The notes beneath the pieces are model-generated. The model was not told the origin of the DNA, did no database searches, and saw only the letters and a program-made list of their open reading frames with translations. A stretch of 64,000 nt of DNA, taken from positions 682,001 through 746,000 of the forward strand of contig CBFFRQ010000069.1 in the NCBI GenBank assembly GCA_965644315.1, given 5' to 3'. This DNA comes from Caecitellus pseudoparvulus. Its lineage: Eukaryota > Protista > Bigyra: Bicosoecida. The stretch's first letter is position 1. The number at the start of each line of letters is the position of its first letter. Both the position numbers and the translations under genes were made by a program. Shown here one piece after another: positions 12,564 through 22,400 of the stretch.

Positions 12564-14110
12564 ATGGCGACCCGCGATCCCCCCAACATTCGGGCGCGCA
12601 AGGCTGCTGAAGCTCGCATTGAGGGCATTCAGCGCATTCAGACTGAGATGCAGAAGACCATGGTCGCTGCGAAGTTCGAGGAGTCCTCCAACCGCATGTT
12701 GAAGCAACGCATGGCCAGCAACAAGCTGGAGGAGGCCAAGGCGGCTCTGGAGGCTGACTTGCTGCGCCGCCGCAAGAAGTGAGTGGTGCGAGGCGATTTC
12801 CGCAGGCAGCGCGATCCCGCATCGGGGCGAGGCAGCTGCACACCCCCCCACCCCATGCACCCACGGCCCTGCCTTGCCACAGGCTGGCACAGTTGTTGAG
12901 TGCGGAGCAGGTGGCGTTTCAGAAGGAAATCGAGGCGCAGTACGAAGACCCAGCCGTGACGAAGCAGCGCATGCTGGACTACGCTCGGGAGTTGCAGGCT
13001 CAGCGTGAGGCCGACCGCCAGCGCATCGTGGAGGAGAAGGAGAAGCAGCGGTGGCGCCTGAGCAGCGACGTCCTGCGCACACGGGACGCCAAGATCGTGC
13101 AGATGCGCATCGCAGACGAGCGCGCGGCGCAGCTGGAGGAGAAGGCGCGCCGTGCGGAAGCGGAGGCCAAGTGGGAGGCGGAGATGGACACAGCCCTCCT
13201 GCGCGCCAACCAGGCGGGCGCCGAGCGGGAGGAGGCGGAGGCGGCCCGGCACAGGGCCCTCAACGCCGAGCAGCGCGCCATGCTGGGCGCACAGGTGCGC
13301 ATGAAGGCGTCCATCGCCCAGCGGCAGAAGGACGCCGACGTCGCCCACGAGCGCCGCCTGCTGGCAGAGTGGGAGGCAGAGCAGTCCGCAGCGGAGGCGC
13401 GGGAGGCTGCCCGGCGCCAGGCTGCCCGGGAGGACATGAAGCAGGCCCTGGCCTTCAACGCCACGGAGCAGGCCCGCCGCGCAGAGGACGCCGATGCCGA
13501 GCGGGCAGCGGATGCCGCCCGCCTGGAGGCCGTGATGGCTGCGAGCAAGGCAGAGGCTGCCAAGGAGCGTGCACGGGCAGAGGCAGCACGGCAGGGCGCC
13601 CGGGCGCACCGTGCCCAGCTGGAGCGCCAAATGGCCATCCGCAAGGCGGAGGAGGGCGCCCTGGACTCCCTGCACGCGGCGGAGCAGGACCGGGCGTGGG
13701 CCCAGCGACAGGCGCAGTGGGATGCGGAGGACGCTGCTCGGGCGGCCCTGCAGGAGGAGGTGCACGCCAGTCGGCGGCAGCAGCTGGAGCAGAAGGCTGC
13801 GGCGAAGGAGTACGAAGCGTGGCTGGACCGGCGGCAGCAGGCGGCGGATGAGGAGCGGCGGCAGGAGGGGCTGCGTGCCGAGGCGCAGGCGGCTGCCGAC
13901 CGCCGGGCCAAGCTGCAGCAGCAGGCAGACTACGCCCGGCAGCTCCTGCGGGAGCGCGAGCACATGCGTGAGCGACAGGCGCAGGCGGAGTTCCTGGAGG
14001 CCCGCCTGCAGGAGCGGGAGGAGGCGAGGTACCAGGCGCGCGTGGCGGAGATGTTGGCGGAGCCCCCCGCCGACACGCGGTGGAACCGCAAGAAGATGCA
14101 GTTCACGTGA
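12564..14110 (+). CDS. CFAP53: CFAP53/CCDC11 ciliary microtubule-inner coiled-coil protein (TPH family)
   Basis: Intron 12779-12882. RRRKKLAQLLSAEQ..FQKEI..RMLDYAREL..RE..RQ..VEEK..QRWR..DVLR parallels CFAP53; long coiled coil. Confidence 0.75.
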
Positions 14111-14114
14111 GGGG

Positions 14115-14142
14115 CAATGCATGCTGACGAGGGAGTGCATTG
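14115..14142. terminator. Two opposed CAATGCA 3'-end elements
   Basis: CAATGCA (+) 14115-14121 after the CFAP53 stop and CAATGCA (-) 14142-14136 after the cyclophilin-SYF2 stop. Confidence 0.6.
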
Positions 14143-14172
14143 GCACTGGCTGACAGCTTGGGCCGGACAGCC

Positions 14173-15849
14173 TCACAGCGCGGTCCCGCGCTCCAGGTTC
14201 TGCTTGGTGCCGGCGCTGAACTTGCCGAAGTACTTCTCAGCCCGCGCGTTGAAGGCACGGTTCTTCTCGTTGATGTAGTCCACCGTGTCGCCCGCCTTGG
14301 GCAGTTTGGGCGCCCGCCGCTTCGCCTTGCGTGTGAGCCGTGCCGACAACGCCTCCACCCGCCCCGCGTCGGCGAAATCCTCCTGCCCGTAACTCAAGGC
14401 GCCGCCCTGCCCGGCCACAGCGGAGGCAGCGGCGGCGGCGTCTGGCACACGGGCCTCTGGCTGCCCCTGCAGGTGCCCCAGCGCCTTGGAGTACTCCCGG
14501 TGGCGGGCCTCTGAGTTGTACTGGAACCAGGAGTAGCTCTGCTCCTGGGCAGTCTTGGCACGCTGCCGGCGGTCCAGGCGGGACGCCACCTCCGCTGCCG
14601 ACTCGCCCAGCATGGCAGGGCCCTCCACATCTGGCCCCTTGCGCCGGCGCTTGGCGGAGTGGGTGGGCCCACCCCCCATGCTGGGCGGCGCTGCTGACGC
14701 CACACGGCCCTCGTGCCGCCCATCCGCCTGGCGCTTGCCCTCCTCCACCACACTGCTGCGGTTGGCGCGCCTGCCGGCATTCATGCGCATGCGCAGCTTC
14801 AACAGGCGCTGCTCAGCAGGCGTCAGCTCGCCACCGCCCCCACCACCCTCGCCACCCTCGCTACCCTCGCCGCCCTGGCCGCCCTCACCGGCCTCGCCTG
14901 CCTCGGACGAGGGCAGGGCAGGGGCCTGCACCACCGCTCGAATGTGCTGCGCCAAGTGGTGCTCCACCGCCGCCCCAGCGTCGGCCTGTGCCGTGTCCCC
15001 CCGCCGCTTGCGCCCTCGCCCCGAGAAGGCCAGCGGCAGGCCCAGCTCCTCCCCAGCCGCGTGCAGGGAGACCTGTGCCGCCGGCCCGCCACGGGCAGCG
15101 TCGGGAGCAGGCGCAGCAGCGGCGGCAGCCTCTGCCGCTGCGCGTGCCGCCTCGGGGCTCAGGGTGACCTGCCCACAGTCAGTGATGGTGACGTCCCGCC
15201 GAGGCTTGTCCTGGTCGCCCACTGCGACGGCCTCCATCAGATCCAGGACGTCGCCCCCAGACACCAGCTGGCCGAACATGACGTGCTTGCCGTTCAAGTG
15301 CGGCGTCGCGCCGAAGGTGATGAAGAACTGGGAGCCGTTGGTGTCGGGGCCGGCGTTAGCCATGGACAGCTGCCCCCTGGCCGTGTGCGGGCGAAGGAAA
15401 TTCTCGTCAGGGAAGGAAGGGCCGTAGATGCTGCAGCCGCCTGTGCCGTCCCCTGCCGTGATGTCCCCGCCTTGCACCATGAAGCCGCGAATGAGGCGGT
15501 GGAACGTGGAGTGCTGCGTGGGGGAGTAGGCCAGGCGGTGTCGCTGCCAGTCCCTCGCAACGCCAGGCACCTGCACGCACCTTGTAGTGCAGCTTCACGC
15601 CTGTGTTGGAGTGTCCCTTTTCACCAGTGCAGAGGCAGCGGAAGTTTTCCGCGGTCTTCGGCGACGAGTCAGCATACAACTCGAACTCCATGCGCCCGGC
15701 TGCGAGGGGAGCAATTTCCGAGCCGTGGTCAGCGGGCGGCAGGCGTTGCCTGCCTGGCCGGTCACCTCCGCACCTGCCTGAGTGCCGATGGACACCTCCA
15801 AATACACGCGAGGGTTCACCACCCTCCTGGCATACTGCACTTCCGCCAT
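14173..15849 (-). CDS. Cyclophilin PPIase fused to a SYF2 spliceosomal domain
   Basis: ATG 15849; introns 15773-15700 and 15580-15514. Cyclophilin motifs [66 protein letters not shown]2 C-terminus [28 protein letters not shown]. Confidence 0.92.
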
Positions 15850-16105
15850 GCTGCTGCCGGCGCCGCCTAGCTCAGCTGTGCTTCTGCCTCCCTCCTCCTG
15901 CGAGGTGGGGACGCCCTTCAGCACGAGCAGGCACTCCTGGAGCAGGTGCACATTCCCCACTGCAGCACATGTGCGCGTCACAGGTAGAATTTATTTTTGG
16001 AGACCTGCACCGCCGCTGCTGCTGCACAGGGCACGGCAGCCGCTCAGCCGCGTGCGTTTCAGGGACGTTTCGGGTCGTTCCTTGCACTGCCCTGCCGCCA
16101 GCGCC

Positions 16106-17566
16106 ATGTCCGCCACGCGGCAGCCTTTGCTGCCCCACGAGTTGGACGCGCTCCCTAGGGGCGGGGAAGGTCCATCCTTGAACATGGCTCCTGGAGAAAA
16201 AGGCGCCGTCGCGTTCAGCATCGGCGCCTCCAGCGTGGGCACACAAGAAGCCCTGCTGCGAGGGGCGGCAGAAGGTGACCTCGACGCTGCCCCTCAAGCC
16301 CAGGGCCGCAACACGGGCTTCGTGGGCGCCTGTTTCCTGCTCATGAACGCCATCCTCGGGTCAGGGCTGCTGGGGCAGGCCTTCGCCGCTGCCCAGAGCG
16401 GCATCGGCCTGTACGCTGGCTCCCTGCTGGTCATGGCTGGCTGTGCCTTCTACGCCATCGTCCTGCTCCTGCTGTGCTGCGAGATGACTGGCGTGCACGC
16501 GTACGAAGCCGTGGGTTTCGCTGCCTACGGCCCCGTCGGCCGCACGGCGGCTGCGGTGGTTGTGACCCTTCAGAACTTCGGTGCCATGAGCGGCTACCTC
16601 ATCATCCTGAAGGACCTCCTGCCCAGCCTGGTGGCGGAGGCGGGTGGCTTCAGCGCCGGCGAGGGCCCCTGGTGGAGCGGCAGCACCGTCCTGGTGCTGG
16701 CGGTGGTGGTGTGCCTGGTGTGGCCGCTCACCATGCTGCGGGACATCGGCGCGCTGTCCGTGACGTCGGGCTTCAGCATCACCACCATGTTCTTCTTCAC
16801 CCTCGTCATCCTCATCAAGTTCACCACCGTCAGCTGCACGGAGGCGGTGCAGCGCCTGGACCTGTCCCCCCACCTGCAGTGCCACGCCGAGGCTGCCATC
16901 GTGGACGTCGGCTTCGCAGAGGTGTTCCCCACCCTCGCCTTCTCCTTCGTCTGCCACACCGCCCTGCTGCCCATTTACACGGAGCTGCGCACACGCACCG
17001 TGCCAGCCATGATGAAGGTGGCAGGCACCTCCATTGCGCTGTGCTTCGGCCTGTACTTGCTGGCCGGCATCTTCGGATACTTGGCGTTCCGGGGCGCCAC
17101 GCAGGGGGATCTGCTGAAGCAGTTCGCAGCGTACGACCCCAAGGATGACCTGGTGCTGGCCTGCCGCGTGCTGGTGGCCGCCAGTGTCACCCTCACCATC
17201 CCCCTCATCAACTACCCCGCCCGCAAGGCCGTCATTCAGACGTTCTGGTTCGCCTCCCGGAACACCTTCTCGTGGCTGCGCCACATCGCCGTGGGCACGG
17301 CCACGCTGGCCCTCGTCACGCTCATCGCCCTCACAGTGCCCAGCATCACGGCAGTGTTCGGCGTGGTGGGCTGCACCACCAGCGTCGGGCTGGTCTTCGT
17401 CATGCCAGCCCTCTTCTACCTGCGCATCACCCGGGTGAAGGGCGTGTCGGCTGACCTGTCGGGGCACCGCCTCGGCGCCATGTGCATGCTAGTGGGCGGC
17501 ATCACTGTCGGGGCTGCCAGCCTCGCGGGCGTCTCCTACAAGCTGGCCACCTCCACGCCAGCGTGA
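16106..17566 (+). CDS. SLC38/AAAP amino-acid transporter
   Basis: Intronless; about 11 hydrophobic segments; FLLMNAILGSGLLG..FA, FPTLAFSFVCH..LPIY.EL and GIFGYL.F motifs. Confidence 0.93.
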   Translation: MSATRQPLLPHELDALPRGGEGPSLNMAPGEKGAVAFSIGASSVGTQEALLRGAAEGDLDAAPQAQGRNTGFVGACFLLMNAILGSGLLGQAFAAAQSGIGLYAGSLLVMAGCAFYAIVLLLLCCEMTGVHAYEAVGFAAYGPVGRTAAAVVVTLQNFGAMSGYLIILKDLLPSLVAEAGGFSAGEGPWWSGSTVLVLAVVVCLVWPLTMLRDIGALSVTSGFSITTMFFFTLVILIKFTTVSCTEAVQRLDLSPHLQCHAEAAIVDVGFAEVFPTLAFSFVCHTALLPIYTELRTRTVPAMMKVAGTSIALCFGLYLLAGIFGYLAFRGATQGDLLKQFAAYDPKDDLVLACRVLVAASVTLTIPLINYPARKAVIQTFWFASRNTFSWLRHIAVGTATLALVTLIALTVPSITAVFGVVGCTTSVGLVFVMPALFYLRITRVKGVSADLSGHRLGAMCMLVGGITVGAASLAGVSYKLATSTPA

Positions 17567-17577
17567 CGGTGCATTGC

Positions 17578-19174
17578 TCAAAGCTCTGCCTTGGCGTCGT
17601 CCCCCGCCGGTGGCGCTGCCTTCTTCTTGCGCACCTTCTTCACCTTCTTCACGCGGCGCTTCTTCTTGCCGCCGCCCAGGGCTTCAGTTGGCACGATGGT
17701 GTTGATGTGGGGGGCGGCCGCGTAGTTCTTCAGCGTCACGCCCTCGCCTGGCATGACCATGCCCAGCACGAACTCCTCGATGTTGCGCTCGTTGAAGCTG
17801 CCCATCATCGGCGTGTACACCTGCTTGCGGGGGTTCACCGCCACCACTGCCGGCGCAGCTGCAACGTCGAAAACCTTGCGGAAGTCGGCCTGCCGGTCGC
17901 CATCAATGAACATGAACGACACAGGGTGCATCTGCGCCGTGACGGAGCCCCGCTGGAAGCCCTCCATGTCCACCTTCACGTATGGCCGGTGGGCCACCGT
18001 GTTGAAGGTGTCCATCTGCCGCTTGCGCGCCACGGCGTCCTCCTCCACGGCTGCGATCAAGCAGATGCCGTCCGCGTCTTCACACAGTGACTTCCACGTG
18101 GCAGGCGAGTGCACCAGGGGCGTGCTGCGGTCCGGGATGTTCTTGGACAGGAACGCCTTCAGCGCGTCGTAGTTCAGGTCGCCCTTGAACCGCTTCCAGG
18201 TCTTCAGGTCACTCGCATCCTCGGGGTTCAGGGGGCCCGGGCGGGACACCAGCAGAGTGGGGTACTCCGTCACGCCGAACGCCTCCGCCATGTCCTCCAG
18301 GTACTTGGACACCTCCCCGAACACGCCACGGCCTGCGAAGTCCATGGACAGCTTCTTGTACAGGGCGCTGGCCCCCAGCTTCTCTGTGAACAGCAGCACC
18401 CGTGGCAACTTGGGCGCCTTGGCGGACAGCCACTCCGGCAGCTTGTTGCTGTTCACAGTCTCCGCCATGCTGGGCAGGAAGTTGCGCAGTTGCTTCCACG
18501 CCGGCTTGGGCCCACGGGCGATGATGCTGGACAGGAACTGAGCAGGCATGCTGATGGCCATGTTGGTGAGCTTGGGGCCGTACTGCCAGATGAGCAGGTG
18601 GGGAATGGTGGCCTGCCCGCTGGTGGTGTTGACAATGTTGAAGATCTCGCCCACTGTCTGCACCTGCCCGTCCTCCGCAGGGTTGGGGATGCTCTCGCTG
18701 TACAACATGGTGCCGAACTTCATGAGGTGCCCCATCTTCCCTGCCAGCTTCCCCAGGACTTCTTTCGCCTTGCCGCACGGCTCCCCGCACTGCTCGTCGG
18801 GGGCCAGCACCACCACGCCCCACATCTCGTCAGACTTCAGCACTGTCTCCGCGAACGTCTGTGCATGTGGAAGGAGGCGGGCTGGGGTGGCCTTCAAAGA
18901 GGGCTTGGGGACAGCTGCCCTGCTCCCAGCATGGAAAACACGCAGAACGTTCAGGCCCGCCTCACAAACGCGGGCAAGTTTCCCCAACGGCACGCGACAG
19001 GGTGGCACTGGGCGTGGCTGGCTCCTGCCTGCGGAGTTTCAGACACGCCAACAGCACACGCACCTCGCCGCGCACAGTGACAAGGTTGTCCTCCGGGGCA
19101 TCTTCACCAGCCACTGCCTGCTGGCATGCCAGAACCGCCCCGAGCACCAGCAAGGTCTTCCCAACTCCTCGCAT
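17578..19174 (-). CDS. ER-resident multi-thioredoxin-fold (PDI P5-like) protein with atypical CGEPC site
   Basis: Signal peptide MRGVGKTLLVLGAVLA; one intron of about 200 nt joins LVTVRGE to TFAETVLKSDEMW; LPRVLLFTEK..LYKKLSMDF, FGVTEYPTLLV; C-terminal KAEL retrieval-like motif. Confidence 0.75.
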
Positions 19175-19415
19175 GGCTGCAAGGCGCCTTGCGTATTCCA
19201 GCTGGCCTCTCCACGTGTCTGGGCCACCTGCCGCGCCGAATGCAGGCACTGCTGCCTTCTCCGTACCAAGGACGCTGGATGCTTCCAAGCCGTTTGCTCG
19301 CAAAGCAAAACGCTGCCAGTGGCGGAAAGTAACAATGTTGCTGTATTTTGAACGGCCCAGACTGCTGCCAGCAAACAGCAGCTCCGCGTGTCCCAGCACG
19401 CTTCCCTGGTGATGC

Positions 19416-22400
19416 TCACCCCGAGCCAGGCAGCTTGACCACGCGGCTACTGATCGCCTCGATTTCCTCGTCGCTGCACTCCCCAACCTCCACGGCATCA
19501 GACTCAGTCACGCTGCGGGAGGTCTCTGCGAAAGCCGTGGAGTTGCGCAGGCCCAGCTGGCCGCCAGGCAGCTCATAGCTGGACATGGTCGTGCACAGGG
19601 ACGGAATGCGAGTCATGGAGGACATGATGACCATGAACATGCGGAAGCCCGTGATGTCCACCATGGTGTGGGGCCCAGGACCTCTCTTGTCCATCACCTG
19701 CTTCACGACGGGCGCCAAGTTCAGCGTCATGGTGGTCTTGTTCGAGGTCACCAGAGCCTCAGCAGATGCGGAGCCTGCGGTCATTGTTCCCGCGTCTGCG
19801 ACGGTTTCCGACATCAAGTCAGACCCTGCCATCAGTGGCAAGCCACAGCATCCCCACAAGGGACCAGCTGCCACCATGAGCATCTGGTCCATGTCAGTGC
19901 GGTTCCTGTAGCCCCCCGTTGTCTCGGTCTTCAGACTGGAGAGCCCAGCCATGGCCACGACAGGGATGTAGTGCGTGGGTGAAAAGGGCACAGGCTCCTC
20001 TGTGTATGAGGTAATGACTCCAGCTTCGCGTTGCTGGATGGTGCCCACCCACCCTGTGGACTCGTCGTAGTACAGCGTCGCATGCCGCAGGACTTCGTAC
20101 TTCCCGGGTGGGTCGGCAGGCATGTCATACTTTGACGCAGAGGTGCTCGTGCCCACGCTCATGTCTTGGCTAGGGTGTGAAAAGTGCTCACTAAGCAAGC
20201 CAACTGATTCCCGCGCCAGCAACGGGCGTGGGCGGATAACGATGGCCCTGGTTGACGAAAGCGAGACGTGCTCGCCTGCGACTGACACCATCGCCGACTT
20301 CGTGTGTGTCCTCACATACACCCCCCGTGGGACACCAGTCCAGCCTGTGCCCCGTGGCATGTCATCCTTGTCAATGACGCTGCCTGGCTGCCAGGAGTGC
20401 CCCTTTCGCTCTGCTTCTTGTGCAGCCAAGCGCTGGGCTTGGGCTGCATCGCCACGGCAGCTTGGCGGGCGCAGGAAGTCAAAGCGGGGGTCCCACATGT
20501 CAAGCATTGGCAGGTCCCTCAGCTCACCTCTGCTTTCTGCGGTGTGCTCGTCTTTCTCCGAAGCCTTGGCGGTTTCGCCCTCCCCCAGGCTCCCCGGCCC
20601 ATCATCGTCCGCTCCATCCGCAGCCAGAAGAGACTGGATGTGCGCGACATCCACCAGGGCCACGTCATGCAGTACAGCTTGCAGGGACTGCATGCGGGTG
20701 ATTTCGTTCGCCCACCACTCCTTCTGCAACGCCATGGCAGCTTGTTGCTCTGCGAGGCTGAAGTCCTTCCACACATTGGTCCCATAGTCCTGCGCCAGTG
20801 CCGTGCGGGAGTCCATGGTGGCAATGTAGGGGTCGAAATCGAAATCCTCCCTCTTCTCCGACACCCTCATGCGTTTCAGGGAGGGCTTCCCTTCCCGCAT
20901 CAGCGCCATGAACTGCAGGGTGAGCGGGAACCGCGTGCCGAACACTCGGAGGAAGATGTCCTCATCAAGAGGTGGCTGCTTCATGCTGGCGGCAGACACC
21001 GTCAGGTTGGCAGCAGTCTGCAGCTTCACGTCGATGGAGCTGGCGCCTTGCAAGATGAGGATGCGCAGCATGACCTCCACGACGGCCATGGTGAACAGTG
21101 AGCCACGCTCCACACGGACAAAGGCCACCGAGTACAGGAGGTTTGGCGTGACGTTGTGCAGACCAGCCTCCCGCAGCGCACTGCTTTCCACAGTCACGGG
21201 CACCATGAGGTCCGCTGAGCCGTACCGCGCGCTCAGCAAGTCCAAACAGGACTCTGCCACATTGTACGCCTCTTGCAGGTTGCCAGACGCCTCTTCCAAC
21301 AGGGCCCTGAAAAACAGCAAGCCAATGGCAGCATCCTGAAGTGAAGGCATGTGGCCAAAGCCGATGTACAGGCTGGCTTGCCGGCGGGTGGCAGCATCTG
21401 CAGCCGCCCTCTCCGCCCCCGTCCCGCTGTGCACACCGTGCAGCAGGGCCGCGACGTGGCTCACCTGGTACTCCTTCGTGTGCACGGTAGCTGCTTGAAC
21501 CAGCACTTCCACCTGCGGCCAAGCCAGGTCAAAGAGATCCCTCGCATCTTTCACCCGCCCCGCTTGCAGCTGCTCCTGAGCTTGTACGATGGTGAAGCAA
21601 GCTGCCTGCAGCGACTGCTTGCCAAAGATGGCATGCAAGTCACCAACTCCCCGTGGCACCAACACGGTTGAGAGCAAGCCGCTCCGAGCTGCACTCGTGG
21701 CCCCTGCACTTGAAGTAGGCGGGCTGCTCGCCCCTTGGGAGGGGGTGGCGGGTGCCGCAGTCTCCCTGGACTGCGACCGCTGCAACGCCAGCGTGACGGC
21801 AGCTGTCAGGGCTGCCTGGCTATCACTACTTTCAGCGGTGCTTGCCGTGCCGCAGGTGGCCACCATCGTTGACGGCATGACAAGGGGCGTGACCTGGCTC
21901 TGCACAGCAAGGATGTCTGCGGCAGAGAAGGGGCTGGCCCTCCAGAAGTCCGTCGGGGACGCCATGAATGCAGCATACTTCTCGGGGGCCATGATGACGC
22001 CAGTTGTGAACAGTATCTCTTCCATGAGCGCCTGTGGAATCGTAACTGCCCGTAGGCGCCTCATGTCAACGTTCACCAAGTCTCCCTCCAGCGTCAGTCC
22101 CGCGAGCAGGCGCATGTACCGCTGCATCGCCATGCGGCGCGCTGTGGCAGGGTCTAGCTCCCCGGCTTCATCGCAGTCCCAGTCCAACCGCTGAGTTGTG
22201 CGAACTTCGTACGCCACAGTGGCCTCTGGCGAAATCAAGCTGCAGTTGCGACTGAACTGCACCTGGATGTCGCCGAACTTCTGGCGCAGCCCAAGCGGCA
22301 TGTACACCAGCCACCAAATGTCTGCAGATTCTCCCATACCAAAGACACAGCACAAGAACTCTGCCACCACCTCTTTGAGCGCCTGGCTTCGCTGGGCGGC

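Noticed and set aside
15988-16003. ATTTTTGGAG as an snRNA Sm site
   Set aside because: No U1, U2, U4 or U5 conserved sequence nearby.
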